Source of the DNA: a virus | Taxonomy: Duplodnaviria > Heunggongvirae > Uroviricota > Caudoviricetes | DNA: 35,886 nucleotides | Virus record (IMG/VR): IMGVR_UViG_3300031998_000037 | Strand: one strand, 5' to 3' | In this document: positions 1-8,575 of the stretch, in pieces | Layout: each line of letters starts with the position of its first letter | Numbering within the stretch: the first letter of the stretch is position 1 | Notes under the pieces: generated by a model | Told to the model about the DNA's origin: nothing | The model's input: the letters and a program-made list of their open reading frames with translations, nothing else | The model's database searches: none | Translations under genes and position numbers: made by a program

Positions 1-273
1 GACGGCATATTCAAGGTCAAGCGTCTGCTCTTTCCACTCCTTTATACAAAAGTATGTGTCCCAGTCGTCATAGACAAGAACTTTGCCGCGCCGTCTATGT
101 TTGATCTTAGGGGCAACGTAGTTGATATCTTGCTTTTCTATGTCCGCCCATGTTAAGGCAGTCCTAAAGTTCTGCGGCGGCTCATCACGCAACATTTCGT
201 GCCATCCAAACTTAGAGACAATAGTTTTACCATTTCTTATAAGCGAATACTTTGCCCTATAAAATTCTAACAT
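1..273 (-). CDS. Hypothetical protein, 3' end outside window (MLEFYRAKYSLIRNGK...)
   Basis: Manual translation: open from ATG 273 to window edge, GAGGTGG SD upstream. Confidence 0.75.
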   Translation of the reverse strand, partial: MLEFYRAKYSLIRNGKTIVSKFGWHEMLRDEPPQNFRTALTWADIEKQDINYVAPKIKHRRRGKVLVYDDWDTYFCIKEWKEQTLDLEYAV

Positions 274-356
274 CTCATTTCCACCTCACAAAATCATAGC
301 GAATATTATATAACCTTCCACATAAATCGCGTTTTTTATTTCACTTAAAACCTACA

Positions 357-542
357 TTATCGCGTTTTTCTTAGCCATTCTCTCGCTTGTACATCTGTTA
401 CTTTATCAAAGTCAAAATCCATTACTTCGTAATATGCGAACATTTGACGCAAAGCAGAGCCTTTACTGTCACCAGCTTTCAACACTTTCTTTATTGTATC
501 TAACGTTATCTTATTATCATTAGTACATCTTTCGAGTCCCAC
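357..542 (-). CDS. Hypothetical protein
   Basis: ORF track, GTG start near GGAGGTGA, co-oriented with operon. Confidence 0.55.
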   Translation of the reverse strand: MGLERCTNDNKITLDTIKKVLKAGDSKGSALRQMFAYYEVMDFDFDKVTDVQAREWLRKTR

Positions 543-709
543 TCATACGCATTCACCTCCAGATCATAGCTGTAGAAACTTCCGTCAATTGCAATAAACC
601 TATTGTCGGCATAATAGCAGCCGCCTACAAATATAAGCCCATCGCCCCAACGTTCATATTCTTTTATACGGATATTATTCTTGCCTTTAAGAATTTCACG
701 TAACGTCAT
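506..709 (-). CDS. Hypothetical protein
   Basis: ORF track, 4-bp overlap coupling with upstream gene. Confidence 0.75.
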   Translation of the reverse strand: MTLREILKGKNNIRIKEYERWGDGLIFVGGCYYADNRFIAIDGSFYSYDLEVNAYEWDSKDVLMIIR

Positions 710-1188
710 ACCTTAAACTCCTCCTTTAAAATCTCAAATATAATTGCATCGTGATACTTGCCATCAAAATATGAGCTTCTTGTAAGACAACCAACTTGTC
801 TGCCACCATAGCATTTTATAAATCTCTGATAGATACGTAGCACGGGGTTGTCCGCATAAACAAAGAACTCAGCTCTTTGCGCTATACTCCCAAGCATTTC
901 TTTCATATGTTCCTTTACATCAGCAACTAAGGCACTACCGTTTTCAGCAAAGCTTACCAGCCCAAAATTTCGCATTGATTTATCAGTCTCATTAAAGGCA
1001 TAGCCAAAGTAGCCGTCACATTCGCCCTCGCTATTTATATGGGCGTAGTCTCTGCGCCAGTAGCCGTTGTCTGCTAATTCAAAATGATTGTACTCACCTG
1101 AAAAATAATATGAATATTTAGGTTGATACCAACAGGCTATAAGCCCAGTCTGTATTTCTTCTTCATAAAGCTGTGCAGGTACTAACAT
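706..1188 (-). CDS. GNAT (RimJ/RimL-like) N-acetyltransferase
   Basis: C-terminal V..DNP..Y and DGKYHDAIIFEILKEEF pattern typical of the RimJ/RimL family. Confidence 0.7.
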   Translation of the reverse strand: MLVPAQLYEEEIQTGLIACWYQPKYSYYFSGEYNHFELADNGYWRRDYAHINSEGECDGYFGYAFNETDKSMRNFGLVSFAENGSALVADVKEHMKEMLGSIAQRAEFFVYADNPVLRIYQRFIKCYGGRQVGCLTRSSYFDGKYHDAIIFEILKEEFKV

Positions 1189-1508
1189 TATTCTTTCTCC
1201 TTACCCCATATTTTCAATAGCGTTTTGCCAAAAAATGTTTTGATATCCCCCAGAAGTTCAGTTTCATTCTCCATGTTGTGTGCAATAAAAATAGTTGAAA
1301 TATCGGCATGAGCAACAAGTTCCAAGTCCTCTAAGAAAACAACATATCCACCCCAGTCTCCAAAACGCACCTCAGCCGAGTCTTTTTCAGAGGGGTTATT
1401 AAAATTCCATAAGCCCTGATAAATACCTATTTCGCCAGCATATCTGCCGTGTGATATATCTTCTTCCGAAACATTTTTAAGCCGTACTAAATCTCCTACT
1501 TCAAACAT
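1188..1508 (-). CDS. Hypothetical protein with SH3/KOW-like N-terminus
   Basis: MFEVGDLVRLK start motif, GGAGA SD. Confidence 0.7.
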   Translation of the reverse strand: MFEVGDLVRLKNVSEEDISHGRYAGEIGIYQGLWNFNNPSEKDSAEVRFGDWGGYVVFLEDLELVAHADISTIFIAHNMENETELLGDIKTFFGKTLLKIWGKEKE

Positions 1509-1529
1509 TCAATCATCTCCTTTAAAGTT

Positions 1530-1760
1530 CTATGTTTCGTTACCAGTAAATTCACACACAACATATCTGTGCTTTTTCTTTATGAACGGCAACCACTTTT
1601 TGATAGCAATTTTCTTTTCTTCTACTCTTATTGGCTTAAATTGCTCACAAATTAGTTTGAAAGCAAGAAAGTCTAATGCCATTATATCTACGGCAATTAT
1701 GTCTCCTTTTTTGGGGAGATATGCTCTCGCCAAATTATTCTGCTCCCTCTTAAATTCCAT
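1530..1760 (-). CDS. Hypothetical protein
   Basis: ORF track, GGAGGTGA SD. Confidence 0.75.
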   Translation of the reverse strand: MEFKREQNNLARAYLPKKGDIIAVDIMALDFLAFKLICEQFKPIRVEEKKIAIKKWLPFIKKKHRYVVCEFTGNET

Positions 1761-1791
1761 CTAATCACCTCCGATAAAAAGAACCGTTTTG

Positions 1792-2130
1792 TTAAGTTGT
1801 TTGCATATTAGCACCGCACTCAAAACAGAAAGGAGTTTTTACGCCACTAATAATACTACAATTACTACAAACGAAATAAAAACCACGCTTATCATCATAT
1901 CTGGGCAGCCACTCCCCACAATGCACAGGTTGCATATCTACTGTTGGCATTTCATCAATCGCTTCTTGTATCTCAAACAAGTTGAGTTCCCATGATTCAC
2001 CCAACTTATACCTCGTAGAGCGTTGCCCTTTTTCAAGTAATGCAAGCACAACTTCACCCTTGCTTACATAGTTATTCTCATTTGCTTTGACATAAGCCTT
2101 TTTCATATTGTCTGCGCTGATTGCTGACAT
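1792..2130 (-). CDS. Phage zinc-ribbon protein
   Basis: PTVD..PV..GEW...CSNC...FCFECGANM; GGAGGTG SD. Confidence 0.75.
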   Translation of the reverse strand: MSAISADNMKKAYVKANENNYVSKGEVVLALLEKGQRSTRYKLGESWELNLFEIQEAIDEMPTVDMQPVHCGEWLPRYDDKRGFYFVCSNCSIISGVKTPFCFECGANMQTT

Positions 2131-2174
2131 TTTAACACCTCCAATAAAAGAACCATTTTATAATCCACTTAATA

Positions 2175-2387
2175 TCAATCATCGTCTATTGTTATTTGGT
2201 AATACTCTTTTTCGTCAGCAGGTATATCTCTAAGAGTCATCACTAAATCCCTATATTTTTCATAAAAGGCTTCACAAGCTTTATAACCATTGATATAAGC
2301 CATACACTCTTTCTCAGAATATTTATATGTTTGGCGCAGCCATTGACACACCGCTTGTATTGCATGAGCTTCTATGCTACTATCCAT
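2175..2387 (-). CDS. Hypothetical protein
   Basis: ORF track; start moved to ATG behind GAGGTGA SD. Confidence 0.7.
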   Translation of the reverse strand: MDSSIEAHAIQAVCQWLRQTYKYSEKECMAYINGYKACEAFYEKYRDLVMTLRDIPADEKEYYQITIDDD

Positions 2388-2417
2388 ATTTTTCACCTCT
2401 ACAAAATTCGTCTTTCA

Positions 2418-2672
2418 TTAATCCCCAAAGATTACAACACCAGTAACTTTGCCGCCAAAAGGGTAGTCAGCCAAAGCATAATCGTCATAGTAGTCATTTA
2501 TAAAATCAGCATATTCAAATACAGCCGCCTCTAAGTCATCAAGATTATCCCTTGTAACTATCGTGTCCGACGCATATTCGTAATGCTGACCATGATCCGC
2601 CTTTATAATTATCTCAGCATCATCGGGGATATCATTTTCTAAAAGACAATCTTTAAATTCTCCGACAGTCAT
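2418..2672 (-). CDS. Acidic hypothetical protein
   Basis: ORF track, translationally coupled. Confidence 0.75.
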   Translation of the reverse strand: MTVGEFKDCLLENDIPDDAEIIIKADHGQHYEYASDTIVTRDNLDDLEAAVFEYADFINDYYDDYALADYPFGGKVTGVVIFGD

Positions 2673-2866
2673 TCTTTTCCCTCCATATCATCATAAAGTA
2701 TTATAAAAGCCTGATCGCTGCAATTTGGACACTTATTAACTTTTGTCTCATACACAGTTATAATTTTACAGCCCCATTTGTCTTGTATGATTTCCAACCA
2801 TTGCCGCAATTCATCTGCAACAGGGGTATAACTATTTATTTGTTTTACTGTCTTGGTACAAATCAT
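2669..2866 (-). CDS. Hypothetical protein (CxxC)
   Basis: ORF track, ATGA overlap. Confidence 0.7.
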   Translation of the reverse strand: MICTKTVKQINSYTPVADELRQWLEIIQDKWGCKIITVYETKVNKCPNCSDQAFIILYDDMEGKE

Positions 2867-3123
2867 TTCATCAGTTCCTCCAGTCGTAGCTTTGCGGCGT
2901 AAGTGCTCACGTTACTTGGACAGCCCTTATCCGATACTACAAAATAGAAAGGACATAGTGAACAATCCGCGTCGCTGCCCATAATGCAATCACAAGCTTT
3001 GCGCAAAAAACCTATAAGCTCCGCCTTGTATGCATCACGTTCTTCTTCAAGTTGTTTGACCAAAGCTTGCATCTCGCATTCCTCGTACCACTTGCCTTTA
3101 ATATACACAACACCACTTCCCAC
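2863..3123 (-). CDS. Cys-rich hypothetical protein
   Basis: ORF track, coupled to neighbours. Confidence 0.65.
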   Translation of the reverse strand: MGSGVVYIKGKWYEECEMQALVKQLEEERDAYKAELIGFLRKACDCIMGSDADCSLCPFYFVVSDKGCPSNVSTYAAKLRLEELMK

Positions 3124-4061
3124 TACATATTATTTGTCAAGAGGGTAGAATTATCCTTGACCTCAAACTCATCAAGGATATTCAGCATTTCCTCTTTGCT
3201 TATATAACCTGCATAGAATTGCGGATTAACCAAAACAAAACTACGCAGTACATCGTTCTTACTATCTACAAGGCATAGTAGAACACTTCTTTTGTCACCC
3301 TTCTTGTCCACAAAAACAAGCTTGCGCAGAATATGTTTCATAAACCGCACAACTTGTGTATCGTCAACTCCAAGTATGTGACACATATCCCTTGCTGTCA
3401 TCCTCACAATTTCGGACTTATCCGTTTCCAACGGGTTTTGGCACAGCACATTGTAGCGCAAATTTATATACGGGATTAGCCTAAACAGATAGGCGATATA
3501 CTGGTGTGACCGCACATCTATATTCTCGTACATATACCGCACCGCATGAGTGAATACTTTCATTGCCGCCTTGTTCTTTCGCGTAAGACTGCCCTTACAA
3601 AACAATGGGCTTACTCGCAGCTTGCCGTCAGGCTCTTCCACTATAATACCCGTAGCAAGCATTTCTGTCCAGAACTTATTGAACTTAGTCCTGTAAAGGC
3701 GTATCACACTTGCCACATCCTTTTTAAGCATAGGACGCTTTGGGGAAGTAGAACTGTCCTGTACAACCAAAAGATTAGTCTCGTAATCCATGTAGGTTAT
3801 AAGGTACACTATCTTGGCAAGCAAGCTGTCCGACACTTCAGGGTAGTATTCTTCGCGCACATCAAATAGCGTCCAGTAGAAGTCGCCACACAATTCTTTT
3901 TGTGTCTCCACATTTTCCCGTAGTTCCGTACTCTGTTCTACTTTGCGCTTATAGCCTTCACGTTCCTCTACGCCCATAATCGTTGTGTTGGCTGCCACAG
4001 GCACAACCTCGCCCGTTGTTCCGTCCACATAATAACCGTCATTTACCGTTCTTGTTGGCAT
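3123..4061 (-). CDS. Putative tandem winged-helix, RepL-like replication initiator / DNA-binding protein
   Basis: Start at ATG 4061 behind AAAGGAG; two HTH-like segments each ending in a RepL-like motif (LRVSPLFCKG, VLVNPQFYAG); direct repeats immediately upstream. Confidence 0.5.
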   Translation of the reverse strand: MPTRTVNDGYYVDGTTGEVVPVAANTTIMGVEEREGYKRKVEQSTELRENVETQKELCGDFYWTLFDVREEYYPEVSDSLLAKIVYLITYMDYETNLLVVQDSSTSPKRPMLKKDVASVIRLYRTKFNKFWTEMLATGIIVEEPDGKLRVSPLFCKGSLTRKNKAAMKVFTHAVRYMYENIDVRSHQYIAYLFRLIPYINLRYNVLCQNPLETDKSEIVRMTARDMCHILGVDDTQVVRFMKHILRKLVFVDKKGDKRSVLLCLVDSKNDVLRSFVLVNPQFYAGYISKEEMLNILDEFEVKDNSTLLTNNM

Positions 4062-4077
4062 CGCATCATCTCCTTTA

Positions 4078-4150
4078 CGACATCGAGGGAACAGGTTGTT
4101 CGACATTGAGGGTACATTTTGGGGCATTTTCACGACATTGAGGGTACATT
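4078..4150. repeat. Three iteron-like direct repeats CGACATYGAGGGWACA
   Basis: 18-bp perfect copies at 4101-4118 and 4133-4150; 2-mismatch 16-bp copy at 4078-4093. Confidence 0.85.
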
Positions 4151-4240
4151 AAAAATGGCAGTTCTGCCCGATATATCGCCAAAGTAACCCAAAGTGCTCT
4201 TCTCTATCTCTATGCAACCACTTCTCTTTTCTCTATCAGC

Positions 4241-4269
4241 ATTATATCACACTACATATTATTTGTCAA
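4241..4269 (-). promoter_or_regulatory. Sigma-A promoter of leftward operon containing ATGTAGTGTGAT box
   Basis: TTGACA-17-TATAAT on minus strand. Confidence 0.9.
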
Positions 4270-4825
4270 GCCCTAATTTCACACTTCGTATTATTTGCCT
4301 GTTTGTTGCCCCTTACCGAGCCTCCCCCTCATCTCTGCGCCATACCCTTGCCTGTCACCCCAGTCCCCGTTCAGGGCGACGATAGGGGAGATGGTCGAAA
4401 TCCGACACGACGGTTTTGGGGAGGATGAATAAGAGGGATGACCTTTACCTTTATTCTGTGCTGCTGATCCCTGCCCGAATGTAAACCCACCGCCCAGATA
4501 GGTTAAGCCGCAAAAGGCTATATTTCGGCATTTAAAAGATTAAATTAATTATTTACCCAAACAAATTAATTTATACAATAAACGAATTAAAAATAAATTA
4601 AAAGATGAGCAGCAACATTTCTTTTTCTTTATAATGTATTAAAAGAGTTTGCATTCGATAACAACCAAATGAGAAGTAGTGTGAAAATGCCGTGATATCC
4701 CTTATTCCCCCACATTTTCCCCACATCTCGACTTCTCCCCAAAATTGCCCACATTCCGCATGATCTCGCCCAGTCCTGCTCATTCCTGTATACTGCCGTG
4801 CATCTGGTGACGTTTTGACCATGCA

Positions 4826-5100
4826 TGAAAACAGCCCATAAACGCCGAAAAATAGGCGAAAACAAGCTAAAAACCGCCCAAAATGTAAAACGATATTTTT
4901 TTATTGTTTATCAATAATTAAATATCGAAAAACGAACGAAATGAGCAGGAGGTATGGTGTATAATTTTGGGTTGATTATACGGAATGTAATTAAACTGCT
5001 GTCAAATCAATTAACTATCTAATTTTTTTTGCCGAGTTATAGCCTTTTGTCGATTTTACATATGTTTTGAAAAATTTCTGCTGGTTTTGTTTTGATTTGG
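4826..5100. other. Helically phased A-tracts (4828-4883) and T-tracts (5045-5098); predicted bent DNA
   Basis: Tract starts spaced about 10-10.5 bp. Confidence 0.55.
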
Positions 5101-5137
5101 CATAATGCACAAAGAGCAGCAAAATGGCGATAAACGC

Positions 5138-5335
5138 CTATTTATAGCCTTTAATGTCGATTTTTTCGTCAATTATGTATTTTGCAGCATTATTGAAAAA
5201 TTCACTAACTGACAAGCCATTGAACTGGCAATAATCGTCTATTCTACGGTATAAATCCAACTTTGTGCGGATCGTACTTTTTTTGTAATTTAATTTTTCA
5301 TATTCTCTGATATATTCTTTTTGATTAAAAGACAA
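5138..5335 (-). CDS. Arc/ribbon-helix-helix DNA-binding protein
   Basis: TTG start behind AAGGTGA; SFNQKEYIREYEKLNYKKSTIR...GLSVSEFFNNAAKY resembles the Arc/RHH pattern. Confidence 0.65.
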   Translation of the reverse strand: MSFNQKEYIREYEKLNYKKSTIRTKLDLYRRIDDYCQFNGLSVSEFFNNAAKYIIDEKIDIKGYK

Positions 5336-6155
5336 CAAAATCACCTTATTTCTCGAAATATAGCCAAATATAAGCAATGTGGCAAAATGCACAAAATAGC
5401 AAAATGCACAAAAAGAGGGGGAGTTGAACATTCGCAGCGTATGCCGTATACTGGTGTCAACACGAACGACAACGGCAGCGATAACGCCGAGGGGAGAACA
5501 GGAAGCCCTGAAGCGAAGCCTACGGGCAGTATATACGGGCAGGATGTCCTGCAAGTATACGCGAAGAGAATATACACATACGGACGCGGAGGTAACTATG
5601 CGCGTATAAGGAGGCGTGCAGAATCCTCAAAACGGCAGCGAAAAAATGTCAAGATACTACAGGTATATCTTGAAAAAAGCTATATCTGCAAGTCGGTATA
5701 AGGGCGTGAGCGCACTGGTCGGAGTACTGCCATAGCACGGACACGCCTACTGCTTTTAAGCAGTGAAGCAGAACTGGATGGGGAGTCTATGACTGTCGTG
5801 AGATAGACATAACTGCGCCCATCTACAGTATGCAGCCATCTCCGTAGACAGGATATGACGAAGGGTAAAACGTGTGCATATTTTAAAGGGAATATGCTAT
5901 AGCTGGTCTTTGATCCCAGCTAAAGGACAACTAAAAAGAACTGCGCAGTTTCTGTCAGGCTTCTGCGTTGCAAATGTCATAAAAAGCACACTTTGTAGGA
6001 CATCCTGCGAAGTTCGCCATCCACTAAAGGAAGGCTTTTGCGCGGCTGTTCACTGCGCTTTTTGCCGTTCAAAAAATGCTCAAATTTTTGCATCGCTATA
6101 ATACGCGGATTTTGATATTTTGCCGCGTTAAATATTAAAAAGTTCGAGCATCCCT

Positions 6156-6184
6156 ATTATAGCATAAACAAGTCAAGCGGTCAA
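6156..6184 (-). promoter_or_regulatory. Leftward sigma-A promoter with extended -10
   Basis: TTGACC-17-TATAAT with TG at -15/-14. Confidence 0.7.
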
Positions 6185-6207
6185 TAGTAATGTTGACCGC
6201 TTTTTGT
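6175..6207 (+). terminator. Intrinsic terminator-like hairpin
   Basis: AAGCGGTCAA/TTGACCGCTT followed by T-tract. Confidence 0.6.
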
Positions 6208-6268
6208 TGTTATGTCAGTGCAACGATCTGGCAGACAGCACCGTAACTTGTGTAAGGAGGCGTATTTT

Positions 6269-6530
6269 ATGAATATCTATAAAAATGAGCGTATGTTTAT
6301 AATCTGGCATGATAACGCCACTGGCGATCATTCCAACATTGGCTATACAGAGTATAGCTTGTCAGAAGTATGGGCAAAAGGCGGCATCAATTGATAAGGC
6401 ATATGATTATGTCTGGAATTGGTGTGACAATCCTGAAGAGTGCGACACTGACACTGGATTTGATTTTTCAAATGCATCATGGGGAACGTCAGCACAAAAC
6501 ATTATTGAGTATCTGGAAACTTTAATTTGA
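6269..6530 (+). pseudogene. Frameshifted small early gene
   Basis: Strong SD and ATG 6269; frames join by removing one A in AAAA at 6376-6379. Confidence 0.5.
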
Positions 6531-6542
6531 GGAGGTTTTAAT

Positions 6543-6920
6543 ATGGCAGGTTTACACATCACTTTCACAAACGGTTCAAATCCGTGGCTTATGTACAGTG
6601 ATTCTGATAGGAAAATTCAGAATGCGATTCGCAGATGGAAAAGAAATTTCCGCATAGTTGATAGATATGAGGAAAATGATAATATCTATCTTACAATTAC
6701 GGAAAAAACAGGAGAGGAGAAGTATGTTATGAAAGAGAAGAATAAGGAAATGTATCTCAGGGGGAAAGCAAGTGCAAGAGATAAGGCGATTGAGTGGCAG
6801 CTTGAAACAATGGAAATGTCATTAAGCTATGAAGGACTTATGATAGCTCAGAACTATTTCCAGAAGCTTGGAAAACGTTATGGGCTTCTGACTGAGTTTA
6901 GAGAAAACGGAATTTGCTAA
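6543..6920 (+). CDS. Hypothetical early protein
   Basis: ORF track, GGAGG SD. Confidence 0.8.
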   Translation: MAGLHITFTNGSNPWLMYSDSDRKIQNAIRRWKRNFRIVDRYEENDNIYLTITEKTGEEKYVMKEKNKEMYLRGKASARDKAIEWQLETMEMSLSYEGLMIAQNYFQKLGKRYGLLTEFRENGIC

Positions 6921-6933
6921 GGGAGGTTTGATT

Positions 6934-7311
6934 ATGGGATATGAAAGTAAATTGATAATCGCAAAGCGTGATGTTTGGACGCGGTGCGGCTTAGTATGGT
7001 TTGAAAAGTTAGCTGAAATCAACATGAGTGTGTGCGGATCGGACTTCCGTCATATCTTTATGACGGAAATTGAATCGGACATTCACGGCGATGGATATGA
7101 AAAGGGTAGCACAGAGGACAGTTATGTTATGACAGAAGATAAATACGGCGAGGTTTGCAAGTACACGGATTTGCAGACCGTCATTGACTATATGGAAAAG
7201 GCGGAGGAAAAAGAACATTACAGACGATATGCTGTTGCGCTTGCAATGCTGAAGGCGTTTCAGGCGGAAGAGTGGGAAAGTCCCTTAGTCGTTATTCACT
7301 ATGGATATTAA
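6934..7311 (+). CDS. Hypothetical early protein
   Basis: ORF track; ATG behind GGAGG. Confidence 0.8.
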   Translation: MGYESKLIIAKRDVWTRCGLVWFEKLAEINMSVCGSDFRHIFMTEIESDIHGDGYEKGSTEDSYVMTEDKYGEVCKYTDLQTVIDYMEKAEEKEHYRRYAVALAMLKAFQAEEWESPLVVIHYGY

Positions 7312-7833
7312 GGAGGTTTGATTATGGGAAACTACATTTTGGAAAGCGGATTATTATAGGAGGCGATGATTAATGGCAAGGAAACCCAAGCGTTATAAAG
7401 TATTCTATTATGCAAAAGGAGAGGAAACGGAAATGCCAAAGTCAATAATGATAATGGCTCAGAATAAAGAAGAAGCCGTGGAAAAATGCAAAGATGAGGT
7501 CAGAGCTTGTACAGGTAAAAGAGTGGTCAAAGCTGTGCCGCAGTCGGTTTCACTTGTCACAAATTTAGAAAAGAAAAAACAGATTGCAGACGAGTTTGAA
7601 CAGTTCTTGTTTGAGCGCGGAGAGTATGACTACCCAAAAAATGACTCTGTAAAGTGGATAATTAGTGAGGACAGATATGAAGTCGCTGACGGAATTTTAA
7701 AGGACATTTTAAATGTCGGCATGGTCGGGATCAGACAATATATTGAAACGGAATTAATGTTTATGGACAGGGAAGATCAGACAAAGCTTCTCGGAAAGAA
7801 AATTTTGGAACTTATTAAGGAGGTTTGATTATG
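7306..7833 (+). repeat. 21-bp direct repeat TATTAAGGAGGTTTGATTATG at 7306-7326 and 7813-7833
   Basis: Exact match; a 15-bp core also occurs at 6922-6936. Confidence 0.9.
7373..7828 (+). CDS. Hypothetical early protein
   Basis: ORF track, GGAGG SD. Confidence 0.8.
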   Translation: MARKPKRYKVFYYAKGEETEMPKSIMIMAQNKEEAVEKCKDEVRACTGKRVVKAVPQSVSLVTNLEKKKQIADEFEQFLFERGEYDYPKNDSVKWIISEDRYEVADGILKDILNVGMVGIRQYIETELMFMDREDQTKLLGKKILELIKEV

Positions 7834-8010
7834 AAATTACAAGAATTATTAAATAGGCTGATAGCTATTCATAGTGAGTACGGAAATCTCACTGTACAAG
7901 GTTATTGTGACGGCTTTTGGGTTTCTGATTTGGATTTAAGCGTTGATGGCGATTATCTCCACTTAAATCCTATGCCCAATAAGGAAGAAGAAAAGGAAAT
8001 TTATGGATAA
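7831..8010 (+). CDS. Hypothetical early protein
   Basis: ORF track, GGAGG SD. Confidence 0.75.
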   Translation: MKLQELLNRLIAIHSEYGNLTVQGYCDGFWVSDLDLSVDGDYLHLNPMPNKEEEKEIYG

Positions 8011-8025
8011 TATGGAGGTTTAATC

Positions 8026-8295
8026 ATGGAGAAAATTGCAAAGAATTATGATGAATTTGTTGATAAGGTGACAACAGCGTTAATGAATACGCTTAACACG
8101 GAAACTGGACAGGAACTCACACAGCAGCTTCTTAAATTGAAGTTGACTGAGAACCCTGACTTGACACCAGAACAATGGAAAGATACAAAAGCGCAGTTTA
8201 TGACATACTTATTCTGTATGTTTGTTACGGATTGCCCTGAAGCTAAACAGGAAATTGCGGAGCACGTATGGAATGAACTTAATAAGGAGGTCTAA
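8026..8295 (+). CDS. Hypothetical early protein
   Basis: ORF track, GGAGG SD. Confidence 0.8.
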   Translation: MEKIAKNYDEFVDKVTTALMNTLNTETGQELTQQLLKLKLTENPDLTPEQWKDTKAQFMTYLFCMFVTDCPEAKQEIAEHVWNELNKEV

Positions 8296-8297
8296 AT

Positions 8298-8549
8298 ATG
8301 TTAATCACTTTTGATATGGAAAAGTTAAAACGAAACTTTGCGTTCACAAATTGCGACGACCTGCTTTCAACTCTTAAAATTGCGGCTGGCAAATTAACAC
8401 ATGACCGCAGCAATTTCACTGCTGAACAGGAAAGATCGGCACGTATGCTGGCATTGTTTATTAATTGTCTGGAAGTTCGTGACTCGGAAATAAGTAACAC
8501 GCTTGCAAACCTTATTGAGCTTACAAAAGAAAAGTCCCCATCTGTATAA
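8298..8549 (+). CDS. Hypothetical early protein
   Basis: ORF track, GGAGG SD. Confidence 0.75.
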   Translation: MLITFDMEKLKRNFAFTNCDDLLSTLKIAAGKLTHDRSNFTAEQERSARMLALFINCLEVRDSEISNTLANLIELTKEKSPSV

Positions 8550-8564
8550 GAGCAATGGGGACTT
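8532..8564. terminator. Hairpin at end of early operon
   Basis: AAGTCCCCAT/ATGGGGACTT inverted repeat. Confidence 0.55.
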
Positions 8565-8575
8565 CATCTCATATA

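Noticed and set aside
5321-5701. 126-aa plus-strand ORF and other overlapping ORFs at 5341-6101
   Set aside because: No SD, low-complexity Arg-rich composition, and overlap with the RHH gene and structured non-coding sequence.
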